This document shows positions 12,972 through 25,279 of a stretch of 64,000 nt of DNA, piece by piece. Where the stretch lies: positions 40,548,001 to 40,612,000 of the forward strand of contig NW_025964112.1 in NCBI RefSeq assembly GCF_023055435.1. The letters are read 5' to 3'. The translations under genes were made by a program, and so were the position numbers. Source of the stretch: Haliotis rufescens (Eukaryota). Numbering within the stretch: position 1 is the stretch's first letter; each line of letters opens with the position of its first letter. The notes beneath the pieces were generated by a model. The model made no database searches. It was not told where the DNA came from and saw only the letters and a program-made list of their open reading frames with translations.

Positions 12972-15900
12972 ATGTCGACTTTCAGATGGAATATTTATTT
13001 CGTGGTCATGACGACATTACCCGCAGTGTGTGATCTCGGTAAGTACAACGTACAGATTTTGACTCAGTGCCATTGATGACATGTGACAATGGGACGTTGG
13101 CTTGGAAATGGTTACACCCAAACCCAAACCCAAACCCAGAGCTACCAAAATGATTGCAAACACCTGGTGTCATCACTGCTTTTTAGTGATCCCTTTATAT
13201 AAACAATTCGAACTCAAAGACGCTTTAAAAAAAATGACAGTATGTGTGAAAAGTAAAACATTTATGCAACAGGTTCTGTGTTTCTTGTGAAAACTGTTAT
13301 GGAACACTTAAAGAAAACGTAAATGGATACTTAACAGTAAACAACAAGTCATATACATCTGCTATTTATGTTTACGTTTCTATGTTAACATAGGTAAAGT
13401 GACGTTTACAACGGTAGGAGCCGGTTCCTTTAAAAATCTCATAGAGAAAGGGGTTGTTGTGGCTGGGAAATCGTCGCTCATGTTCTCCGTCAAGTCCTGT
13501 CACAGTGCCGTTATAGTAATCTCAGACATCATGGCCATCAAGGATACGTCCGGCAACTACTTCCTGCTAATGCTCGGCAACAATGAGAACACCATGGTCG
13601 TAGGTCAGGACAGTTGTTTTGCCTGTAAACGGACGAACTCAACAGCAGTCAAAGCGTTAAACTGTGACGAGATGAAGGATTTCTGGATCAGATGGGACAA
13701 AAAGGGTTTTTTTGAAACGGGATCTGGGACGGCAGTAGGGGTTAATACGTTGTTATCCCTCCAAGGACAGAAGGACATGTACCAAATCAACACCGCCGCT
13801 ATTACGTCCACGAACAAGATAACAGCACTCTGGGAGTTTACGAATGGTAGGTTCAAACAGGATTATGTACATACACACGCATTTTGTTTATAATGGCCCC
13901 GTGGAGGTCCAGGGTAGAATGGACCTCCCCGTGAACCTATGCTGGACGTACGAGGCGACTTAATGAACCGGGTGGTCATGTTCGGTGACTTGGTTGATGG
14001 CGTGTCATAGCACTCCGACGGCGTGGGTCGTTTATCACGATATCAATCACTGAATTGTCTAGTATGACGTTGTCTACCTTGAATATTGCTGAGTGCGGAG
14101 TTAAACAAGAAGCAAAAGCTAGTTTAAGATGGAGATCGTTTCTAGAACTCATGTTATTGAATATTTGATTATATATGTAAGCCGATCAATGAATCTGTAA
14201 TGATGGTCTTTTCTGCGAGCTTTTGTTTTCCAATGGACTCTGGGACTATTATGTAGCTTAGCGCTTATTATGTTCGCGCGTCCGAGTTCAATTCATCGTA
14301 TGCGAAACCAATTATTGGCATTCCCTGCTGCTCTATTGCTGGAATATTCCTGAAAGCAGTATGAAACGATACTACACGCTCATCCTTTCCCCTGGCATCT
14401 AAACCCTTTGTCAAATTAATCCTTACTTATGAAGTCTGCCTGACTATAATAATATTGAATTATATCATATCACAAAAAGACAAATTATATAATGATATAT
14501 ATCACAACTATTGACCGAAACATGAAAGAGTTAAACGGTACGTGCCCTATATGCTATCAATGTGTATTTTCACAGAGGACACAACCACGACTATCTATGA
14601 GCCTGTTCCGAGCGGCAGCACGGTGGTAGAGATGAGTGAGACGACCCCAGTCGGGGCGGATGTGTTCGACATAATCCTGAAGCCGCCCAACGAGAATATA
14701 ACATTCAGATTAAACGGAAAAACGGCTGACATGTTCTTTGTAAATAAAACAAAGATCAAACTTGCGAAGAGTCTGGACTATGAGATGAAGCAGTTCCATA
14801 CACTGTCAATATCGTGAGATAATTAATAACATTCATATATTGGGAGAGTAGATTCTGTTAGAGTGAGTGAGTTTGGTTTAACGCCGCTTTAACAGTTTTT
14901 TCAGTTATATCACGGCTTGTGAGCGTAATGTCGGAGGAAGCCCGAAATGATGCAGGTCTCAGACGTTTATCCCTTTCGGGAAACCCACAAGCGGGGATAT
15001 AGAGCTGACAAACCTAGAAACATAATCGGGGCGAACCTGAATGCGAACCCATAATCATAGGATTCTGGCGTATCCAAGGAACGCAACTCTAAACAGCGAA
15101 TTGCGGCGCCTTAGACGACTGAGCCAACCGGCCCCATTCTTAAGATTAGAAATTTTTTATCTATGGAAAATAATTTAACGTCGAGATGATTATTATCATA
15201 TGTCGAAGATAATATGGTTGATGTCTATTGAGTGCTAGTGTTGTTCTTTATATCCTGACCAAAAGAAATTTCGTATGAGATTGTGTGCTCGGTCTTTACA
15301 AGAAAAAAAATACAAACAAAATATTTGTTCAGTTTTGTAGGATGGAACAATTATACATATAATACAAAAAAAATATTTGTTCTGTTTTGTAGGATTGAAC
15401 AAATATACATATTATACACTTTCAACCTTTGTGAGATTATACGTTTTAAATATTAAGCGTAGATGATACATTATACATAGTTGCACATAGGTGATTCCAT
15501 TTGTAGCTGCAGAAACGGACAATACGTGCACGTTTCTGATGATATTGTTCGGGTTTATTTGATACCCCTTGAATTTTGTTTCAATATGTTGTCAGCACAA
15601 CTGCTGGACTATCCGCTTCAATGACTATCGTTGTGCTGAACGCAATAGACGAAATTCCTCAAGTAAATGTCAGTGACCTCGTAATACCGGAAGAACTGCC
15701 TGTCGGTACAGTGATTGGATGGAATCTTACAGTACTAGACCCTGACACAAATGATACATTGTCCTACAAGATAGAAGGTATTTATTTTGTGTTTTGTTTT
15801 CTATACATTCGTGAGTATGCTATGCCCTTGTTCAGATATGACCTTGCAATTGACTCAGTTCTGTGACAAAATGCATGGGTCCTAACACGACTAAGGGACG

Positions 15901-18900
15901 TAACTCGTGAATATTAAGAACAGTCATTCAATTGATTAGTGTAATTACTGTGTTTATTCTAACTGATTCTTGATTCCAATAGCACAAGGTTATGAACTGC
16001 AATTTCTAACTTAGCTAATATTTCTAGTAGATTATCAATTTCTCTTCCTGACATGTAGTATTGTTTCGTTTTTCCTAGGCGTCATAAGTGACATGTTAAC
16101 AATTCTACCAAATGGGAATCTTCAAGTCACAAAGAGAATAGACCGAGACACTATGGACAACTCCAGCATCGTGAGCAATCTTACCGTCAGTGTGTCTGAC
16201 GCTAAACCTCACACCGTCACAGTTACTATTCCTGTGGAGATCAAGGACTTAAACGACAATCGGCCACAGTTCAACCAAACTATTTACCGGACTGAAACAC
16301 AAGAAAAACCAACCAAAGGTATCTTACAGTGTCGACTGTCGTATTTTGTTTAAAAATTATACACGATAGTTAGCTTCAACTCAAAGTACCCGAGACCTAT
16401 TGGCTTAGTCTTATGTTATAACTTTTAAGTGCAATTGTATTAATTTTACATTTGGAGTGCAACGGGAGTAAACGTAATGATTCCACTTTACACGTGGTTT
16501 AATTTGACGGATAATTCTTGTTTGATATTAGAACGATAAGGCTAATGAAATATGAAAATGAAAAAGGTCTCTCCTAGAGTTATGCCAGGATACATAATGT
16601 AATATAACCAGCGAATCTTTCCAGTATCAGACCAACTATTAAGATGGAGCAGACTTGTTGCCCGAGGTTTTGTCCATCAGATAATTCTCCTTAACTCGTC
16701 TACCAAGGGCATTATGTTGTGTATTCCAACGCTTTATAAAGCTTATACATTTTCTAAAAGACGTCCTCAAACGAAATAGAGAGGGGAGGTCTTAAGGGAC
16801 CAGTTCAAGTTTTGGGGCATACCTCTCCACCCGCCCCCCAAAAATAATTCCGAAGTTTCTTTACCGCTTTTGTCACGCATTCTTGTGCTTTCCATTATTT
16901 TTCAGAACATTTATCGACTGATGTTTATTTGCTAGGTGTTGAAAATACTTAGTAGACTTTTTATAGAATCTGATCAAATCTGCCATTCTGTATTACGCAC
17001 TGCACAGATGGACTTACCGCTATTGCCGGCGACTATTCAGTCCTACCTTGTGGACGAATGGATGTACTTTGTGACAAATCCTAACAGCATACGAATGAAA
17101 ATAGGATCGGATTAGTTTAATTCCTATGTAACACATTGAGAAATCAGGTAAGATTATTGTGTATGCATCCGACTTGGAAGTTTTGAACTGGCCCCTAAGA
17201 CACAGTGTGTATATCATTTAGAGTTAGTGTGATAATGAACACGGGACATGTCCTAACAGACGGGCGAACGCTGAACATGTGACAGATGCATTTAATTTGA
17301 CTTCAGATAGATCACTATTGACCCTGTCAGTCTGGGATGTGGATGAGGGTGCGAATGGTCATGTGAATCTGAGTATCCTGGAAGGTGGCAACAGTTTTTA
17401 CCTGAAGAACAACACTCTGTACGTCAAGGCTGGCCAGCTGGACTATAAAAGAACAAGCACCCATGAGGAGACTGTCATTGTGCAGGCGGTCGATCTACCT
17501 GAATCGGGTCCTTCTCAGTCAGAGACAATCGTCGTCCTTGTTCAAGTGAGTTTTTGAAATATTTGAATTTAGCATTAATAACGATATGTGTTCTGTACAT
17601 ACATAAAAATGATTTTCTTGGAATTTGTCTAGGAGATATTGTTGGAATCGAGGTGAAACACAAAGAGGTACATTGACCTTGGTTACACATTGATAGTATC
17701 TTCGCAAATATTTTGCAGGTATAATTTGAAGTATTATGAGTACTATGTATCATGAATTCGTGTTACAGTTATTCATATTTACTCTGACCCCGCCGTGATA
17801 TTGCTGGAATATTGCTAAAAGCGGCGTAAAACCATACTCACTCACTCACTCATATTTACTCTGTAGGTTCTTCAAAAGGAAGCACAACTGATTGCTTGGC
17901 TCTCGCCAGCGTCAGACGGCATAGGTAGCTTTAAAGAAATTGTGATGTCGAGTTCGACCCCACCTGGAAGTACAGTTACTAAATTTGAGGTTTCCACCGC
18001 CAACAGCAGTGACATCATTCGCTACAATGTTACATCAAAGTCTTCTGCAGGTAGGTGTACGTTTGTATTGTTCTCACACCCACAACACTGTATGACAGTT
18101 TGACCAAAATAATTTAAAGGCCATGAATAGTGGTTGAACGGAGGACTGGTAGTCGAATGTGCTCAGTTGTTAACATCTGCTTGGTCGCTGTTTTAAATGC
18201 TTGGTGTTAACCCCATCTATTATCCTTGGGATGTCCGTTTTAATGTTTCGTCCTGCCTTTTTAACGTATCAAATACGCAACAAAACTTATAAAAACGCTA
18301 TTGAAATATAATTAATGCGTAAATTATAAATATCAGATAAAACGAATCTGTATATTACAACTGCTTGATAAAATGATTGTGTATCAGCCGATTCACCTAC
18401 CGACAGTTACATTCGGAAAAGCTTCTGTGACAAACATACTGATAGATACCAATTGAAAAGCTCATCGTGCCTAGTTAATGTTCATGTTGTATCTTATTTA
18501 GTCTCTGATTGGTAATTCAAACAACAGTGCCTTTCTTACAATAATAAGTTTTGCAAACAAAAAATGGCTTCCGGAGAGGGAGCCGAAGCAATACGCAGAC
18601 AGGTATACTACTATTCATGTAGTTTTAAATTATTTACAGGGATTGTTACGAAACAGGTTTTAAGTTAAATTCCCAAATGTCAAGAAAGAGGTGGGTAAAA
18701 AAATGAATACCCTCTAAAGCTTGTGGATACCCAATCAAAATCAAACCCCTGGGTAAAATACCCAAATGACCAAAAGCTTATCTTTTGCTCTGTTATGTAT
18801 ATCATAAGTGAAGAAGAGTTACAGTGATTGACAGATATTTTTCAGACACTCCATCTAAGTTTTAACCTTTACTTTCGAGATGAACGATGAATGTCATGCA

Positions 18901-21900
18901 ATTCTTTCATGACGTCGTTTCTAGAGATTCATTATGGTGACGTAGTAAATTGGACGATCCTATTTTTGCACCCCTATTTGTTTATTCTCCCTGCAGTGTT
19001 TTATTGCAAGATACATACTCCTCCCGTTGGTTTCTTAAATATCCAAAGTTTACTGACATGGCACAAAAACAATTCGTGGTGTAACACGTCTTCATTAAAA
19101 TGGTTTGAATATTCTATTCTTCCTCAGAGTTTGATCTCAACCCTCATACAGGTGTGCTGAAGACAAAGTCGAAGTTAGAAAGGCCATCCTACACTGTCAT
19201 TATTACTGCAACCAACGGCAATATCTCAATCAGCGGCACCTTAACAGTTATGGTCCAGAAAGCATTAGATACAAACAAGAACGATTCCCAAACTGTTCAG
19301 TTTGATAGATCCGTGTATGTGGTATCAAGACCAGTCATGGGGGATGAAGGCAAATCTCTTGTAAAAATTCGCGTTCTCGCCCCAAATGCATCTGTCATTA
19401 ACATTTCAATGGACGACGAAGGTAAGAAGGCATTCGTGTTGAAGAAAGGAAACCATTTCTGGAATCTTGTAGCCAGGCAACACGCTGTTTCTATGCCTTC
19501 TGTCATAAACCTTACCGCCATAGATCTGAATAGCACTAAAAGAGTAACTTCGTTTGTTGTGGTGAATGGTTCATTCACGATACAGGGAACACCATCCCAT
19601 ACTGAAGCTAGGACCTCAAGGGCATCTACAAACACACCATCATGCGCCACACAGTCGTCGGCCGAAATAGTTACAGCAACTGAGTCACAACATACCACAG
19701 CTTCTACAACTGTGGCAACTACGATGACGACGACGACCGTAATACCGACCACCGTTACAGCATCTACCCATCAAACTAATATTGGATCAGATTCAACAAC
19801 GATGAGAGGTAATCAGATCGTTTTTCACTAAAAACAAGATGAAACTTGTAAACAACTGGATTGGACATGCAACGTTTATTTTATGAAAGAGAGCAAAACA
19901 CCATAATTGATCTTTTTCTCCTTCACAGAATGTCCTCCCCCAAGCAAAACGAAAGAAGTTGCCTACATCAGCGTCATAGCTACCCAGGGTCTGGCTGTGG
20001 GAGCTCTGATAGGAGTTAAAGTTTTTGCAATAATGAAAAGGTTGGTAAAAATAGCGGTCAAATGTCATTGTGTCAAGGCCACTTATCTTCAAATATCGTC
20101 AACCATTTTATTTCAAAATATATATATTAAAATATGGGTTTCATATTTACACAAAGCATTTCAACTCGTCAGTTGCCACTGTAGCTGAAAAACTGATCGA
20201 GTTCACTCATCCAAAAGTTCTTTCTACAAAATCATTGATCTCTCAATCACTTGTATCTCTCATTCAGACCATGCTCCCTTTAACTCTCATAACGTCTCGA
20301 AATCATTCAACCATTTGCCCCTACACAGATCCACTCGCCTCTTTCACTCACCCCGGTCCGTGAAGATCCGGCTGAGAACTGGTCTTCAGCAACCCATACT
20401 TGTCTTAAGAGGTGACTAACAGGATCAGGTTGTCAGAATTTGAAGCATGACATTGTATCCCAATTGCGTAGATCGATGATCATAGTGTTAATCACTGGAT
20501 TGTCTGGTCCTGAATCAATTATTTACAGAGCGCCATTGCTGCTGGAATATTGCTGAGTGACGCATTAAACAACAAATAAACAGTCACCTTCTTGGTTCAC
20601 CACTGATCCCCTTTCACTTGTCCCCCTCTGTATAATGGTGATCACCACTTTGTCAGTCAAGTGACCTCTCTAACTAACCCATTAACGCCTTGGGGATTCA
20701 GAGGTAGATTAGACTATGCTTATGATATAATCCATGTAAACTTTGCTTATGCTGACACGACTGGTTGCGTTTCATCGTCTCTCGTCGAAGAGTGCTCATG
20801 TATTCAGTGACAGATTTGGCCGACGATCCAGACTCGATTGTTTGAAGGCTGCTATGAAATTTGTGGAATGTTGCTCAATGACATTCACCGGTCACTGGTC
20901 CATTAAAGCCACCTCTGACCATTCCCACTGGTTTCTTTCACACGCCCATTTAATCCTTTCATACGTCCATTGGTTCCTCTTATTAACCCACAGATTTCTC
21001 TCGCATTATCTTACGTTTTCTTATGTCTCACTCACCTGCTCATCCCTCCTACTCGATGCCACGTTTCATAGTGCAACAATTCCACCAATCCCTCTTTCAG
21101 TGCTATACAGTTCAACGACACAAGCTACTTTTTATGCTTTCTTAATATGACAGGAAAAAGAAGAAGAACGCGATAGAGCCCGAAAGGCGAGAACCTGTTG
21201 GATGTGAACCAGGTACTTTCATTTATGAAACTAGCCTATATTCAACACGTATGTCATTTCAGCTTCTTGCCAGAAACGTCATGGTAATGTCAGGAGTGGT
21301 GATTAAGCTGAGATGGCATAGTCCTTATTTATGCAGAAGTAGTTAAATAGTTAATACCATGATTTTGACGTTCCACGCACAATATTATTAAACACAAGTT
21401 TAAACTTTGTCCTTTTAGTGTGTTTGAGAAGAGATATTCGATATCTAAGTAGAACATGTAGATACGTTCCCATTGGAAAACAATTTATTCACATTCACCC
21501 ATCCTCAACTGAATGTGTTTTTTATTTCAAAGGATAACTTTGCTATTCCTCAATCACGCGTGATATGGAAATATACATTTTTTTCTTCATCATTGATCAC
21601 GTTGTGTCTAATTATTATGTTTTCTAGAACGAAATTACTCTTCAAGAAAAGGAAATATAAAAAATGAAGCCACTTGTGAAGATACCATTTTGGAGATCGA
21701 AGACGAAACCAAGAACAGAAACCATATTTATAGCAAGGATCCAGTACATGGAAAGGAGTGGACTCAAGATAACCTCAACCAACATAGCCTTAAAGATGTA
21801 AACATTGAGAGCGACGCTGTAGTGTCTGGGAAACTGTCTTGCCTTGAAGTTGGGAAAGATTGTCTCGAGGATTCCAGTTCAACACACAGTAACGATTATG

Positions 21901-23204
21901 ATACTGGTGACAAAGAATCTGTTAAACCTGATGCTGCTGATTCAGAAGTAAAACAAACATACCCTGACGAGGGGAAACGGTGTGGTACGGAAGAAAGAGG
22001 ATCTTCAGTAGTTGAACCTTCAGAACTACCAACAAACCACGAAACTGAAGATCACAGTAAAGCTGATGATTCAAATGTGTCAGATGATGTTTCTGAAAGA
22101 AAGGCAGACATCGGTACATGTCAACCTGAAGTACTGAATGAGGGAGAAACAGCCACTGATCATGAGGAGACAGATAGAAAACCTATTTTAAGAGACGAGG
22201 AAATTAAAGAGTATGATGACATTCTGAATCAAGATATGACTACAGTCGAGAGCCATGTTGAGACGGGTAATAACACCATAGAGGAACCTCTTAGGCCCAA
22301 TACTGAGGGTACATTGGATGGTGAAAAGTCAGAAGAACCGTGGAATCTCCAAGGATTGACTCCTGCATATTTAAGCCATTTGCCCGGTAACACGCCAGAA
22401 AGCCCAACACAAGACGAAGAAAAAAATGCATCTGTGTATGCAGAGAGTACTGTGAATGAGACAGTGGCTCTATCGGACTTCATTGCCCAAGATGATGACT
22501 TTGACTACACCATCAGTAGAATGGAAGAAGGAAATCGGGCAATGAAGGATAACACAATGGACACCCAAGTAAATATCGACTCTCTTCCAAATTTCCAAGT
22601 TCGTGATATGTACAGCAGAGTACACACATCACCGTCGGAGATGACCTCGCCATGCATCCTCGTCGAGAAGAGGGAACAGAAACATGTTATAAACAACACC
22701 AATATTAACAAACAAAAGGACCAGAATAAAGTATCTGGCCAAACTCAGGCTGTAGACACCCTTATATCGAGGATAAGTCCTTCTGAGGGTGCAGGCACAC
22801 AACACTCTGTCTTACCTCAAACAGGACAACTATTTCCAGAAACTGCATCTAATGCACATAAGAACAACACAAAAGTAACTGACAATGGTTTCAATTCAGA
22901 AGATGACGACGACGATGAGGAAGAAGAAGAGGAGGGGGAAGACATAAAGGAGCCAGCACCAGAAGGTAATGGTACAGCCCCTGCTACAACATACCTTTCA
23001 TCACAAACAGTGGCGGCATTGAACATAGAGTCTGTCAAGCAAGATGTGACGAGGCCCCAGGCTCAGAACATCCCAGTAGACACCATTCCCCCAGAGACCA
23101 AAAAGTCAAAAAAGGATGGAAAGAAAAAGAAAGGCGAAAAGAAAGGCAAATCAAAAAAGAAAGGTGCTTCAAAGAAAAAGAACAAGAAAGGAAAAGGAAA
23201 ATAG
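12972..23204 (+). CDS. Cadherin-repeat type I membrane protein with an N-terminal FAMeT-like (Methyltransf_FA) domain; 11 coding exons, ~1343 aa
   Basis: Hand-spliced exons: 12972-13038, 13394-13846, 14576-14813, 15596-15777, 16079-16318, 17307-17545, 17867-18050, 19128-19808, 19929-20040, 21154-21212, 21628-23204. All junctions are GT-AG with consistent phases, total 4032 nt, ending in TAG. Exon 1 is signal-peptide-like (MSTFRWNIYFVVMTTLPAVCDLG). Cadherin motifs include LDYE, PEELPVGT, LDPD, IDRD, DLNDNRPQF and WDVDEGANG. There is a Thr/Ser-rich stalk and a TM segment VAYISVIATQGLAVGALIGVKVFAIM followed by KRKKKKN. Confidence 0.85.
13394..13846 (+). CDS. Exon 2: farnesoic acid O-methyltransferase-like (Methyltransf_FA / FAMeT-like) domain
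   Basis: FSVKSCHSAVIVIS...YFLLMLG..EN...LNCDEMKDFWIRWD..GFFETGSG...INTAAITS....ALWEF follows the family pattern as I recall it: F.VKAC.DA.I.L / YEI.IGG..N / LSC.E.R.FWISW..G.I.VG / W.F. The whole domain sits in one phase 1-1 exon. Confidence 0.75.
13897..14112 (+). mobile_element. SINE-like family A, divergent subfamily, in cadherin-gene intron 2
   Basis: cccgtggaggtcc...ggacctcc...gaggcgact...gagtgcggagttaaac. Confidence 0.78.
14240..14382 (+). mobile_element. Old, degenerate SINE related to family C
   Basis: B-box-like gagttcaattc and a 3' end attgctggaatattcctgaaagcagtatgaaacgatactacac. Confidence 0.55.
14861..15135 (-). mobile_element. tRNA-derived SINE family B, in cadherin-gene intron 3
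   Basis: The reverse complement matches 9152-9423. Confidence 0.82.
17787..17850 (+). mobile_element. Young 5'-truncated SINE 3' fragment (family C) in a splice-acceptor tract
   Basis: TSD CATATTTACTCTG at 17774-17786 and 17851-17863; acceptor AG at 17865-17866. Confidence 0.9.
20357..20581 (+). mobile_element. SINE-like family A, in cadherin-gene intron 9
   Basis: ccgtgaagatccgg...ggtcttcagcaacccat...cgcattaaacaacaaataaac. Confidence 0.8.
21628..23204 (+). CDS. Terminal exon: acidic, low-complexity cytoplasmic tail with a Lys-rich C-terminus
   Basis: The acceptor ttttctag at 21627 is in frame with ORF 21690..23204. The exon is D/E-rich and ends KKSKKDGKKKKGEKKGKSKKKGASKKKNKKGKGK*. Confidence 0.85.
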
Positions 23205-23894
23205 CACTTTACAGAAATTGTGTAACTGTCAGTGGGATATCGTGCAACAGATTAAACGTTATACATGATTGTGTGTACGTGCTTTTGGATGAAGGTGAAC
23301 CACACTCAAGAGCAAGCGGGTTGAGAGACTGATTTCAGTTTTGACAGTATGACAAAATGCGTCACTTTATTAATGTGAGCAAGGGACACTCATATTTTCG
23401 CATTCATGTCATATCCGTATTCATTTAATGATTGACAGTAGTGTATTTAAGTGTACATTGTAGCATGTACTATTGATTTCACCTTTCGTATATTTTGTAA
23501 AACCAAAAACTATTTGATGTATTCGTATACGACAAAGTAAGGACATTCAATCTTGTCGGGAAATAATGCAGACATCGCAATGCAGTAACGGCAAAGAGCT
23601 TCAATGACAAAGGAAATATATATCATACCCACAATTACATGGTTTTTCGTTTGAATGCTAGTTTTATAAAAGTTGACTATATTTGTGAGTGAGTGAGCGA
23701 GTGAGTGAGTTTAATTTATGGTCACATGTTTTATTTGTGGTACGGGGGTTATGGAAATTATATGTGTGAACTACTACAGTGTTTCTGTTTTTATCATTTA
23801 TCTGGTAGAAAGAGTGTACCTGTTGCCAAGTTGCAAATTCAGCTACTGGTACCCTTCGTTTACAATAACATCGTTTTTCAACATTGAATTGAAT

Positions 23895-24045
23895 TGGTAG
23901 AACGTCCGCCCGGAGTGTCGAGGGTCTGGGGTTAGATCCCCGGCAGCGTCATACCAAAAGACGTTAAAAGATGGTACTGCCTGGCGCTTTAGGCATTAAG
24001 GGGCTAAAACAAGGACTGGTCGGCTCGGAGTAAGTATACTGTGTT
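23895..24045 (+). mobile_element. tRNA-derived SINE family D fragment
   Basis: tRNA-like head (ggtagaacgtccgcccgg...ggttagatccc) followed by cataccaaaagacgttaaaagatggtac...ggcattaag...gctcggagtaagtatactgtgt. Homologous pieces lie at ~1345-1397 and 1668-1770. Confidence 0.65.
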
Positions 24046-25279
24046 ATTATTGAATATCGAATTCGCCTTTGTTAAAATACTGTTTGTATGAAAACTCATC
24101 ACAGAAATATGTGCCTTGTTAGATTGATAGACGCCCTCTAAAAGGATTTCTTCCATGGCTTTTTGTAATCCTGTATTCTGGATGAACCGCAAGTGGTATC
24201 GAAGCTAACTTGACCATGCTTGTTCAGACTTTGTAAGATGATTAATTATTATTGATGGATACAATAACATCTTTGTGTCCATAACTATACCAAATACGTA
24301 CCACCAATGTACAACACACTTCGAGAGTGATTTCCTATGAATGGAATGGTGAGGATAATATGAAGATTAAAATTTCATTTTAGATCTGTTCGTTATTGAT
24401 TACTTTACATTCAACACGCAAATAAGAAGTAGAAGTACAATAGACATATATTAGTGTCGAGTATAGTAGGTCTATCATAAAAGAGCCGTTCGGAAGAGAG
24501 ACATGTTTCAAACATATTGTAAGTACTGGAATCTATTTTTCTATGCAGTGGTTAACATGACATGTGACGTCAAACGTAAACTGCCTTAATCGCCACAACC
24601 CCGAGAACGGGTTAATTCATAGATCCAGTCTGTCGTCGACATGTTGGCCATTTCGTCCCACATTCCGTCAAGCGGTATTTGTTGGACATCCAGTAGGATG
24701 CGGGACAACGGGCACGTGCAATGCCAATTATCGATATAATGACATTTTTCTGGACAAGTTCACCTGTTTCCTAAGTCGAAGACCACATTGGTGCCTGCAG
24801 ACCACACAGCCAAATGAACATCGGTATAGCAAACAAACACAGTTGCGTGTGTTGTAATTGGGTATAATAAAAAGGTATGCGTGAAATGTTACTGTGTTCC
24901 GCTATTAATTTTAGTATATTACCAAGCCATTTTACGAAACAATCAAATTTTTATGATATTATATGATCCTAAGACAAATGCAATAAATTCTGGAAATTAT
25001 TACTAATTTGTGTATTTCTTCTTGAAAACGTCTTTCAAGACATTAAACCTTTTTTTAATTAAAGATATCACACATTGGACACTCACGTGAAACAAGGTCC
25101 TTTTTAAAAAGCGGAAAAATACATGCTTATGTTCTAAAATAACTTTAATTAAGTGAAAGTTATGAGCATTACCCTGATGTAGATAACGTCTTCAAGGCGA
25201 TAATATTGTCTTCCGATGAACATTAAAATGTCTGGCAACTTCGTTTAGCGCCATTGCTGTTTGAAGCATACTAACGGCG

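Noticed and set aside
15318-15412. Two-copy ~52-bp intronic tandem duplication
   Set aside because: An ordinary local slippage duplication with no sign of function.
21690-23204. 504-aa ORF as a stand-alone gene
   Set aside because: It starts at TTG and has an in-frame splice acceptor at 21627, so it is the last exon of the cadherin gene.
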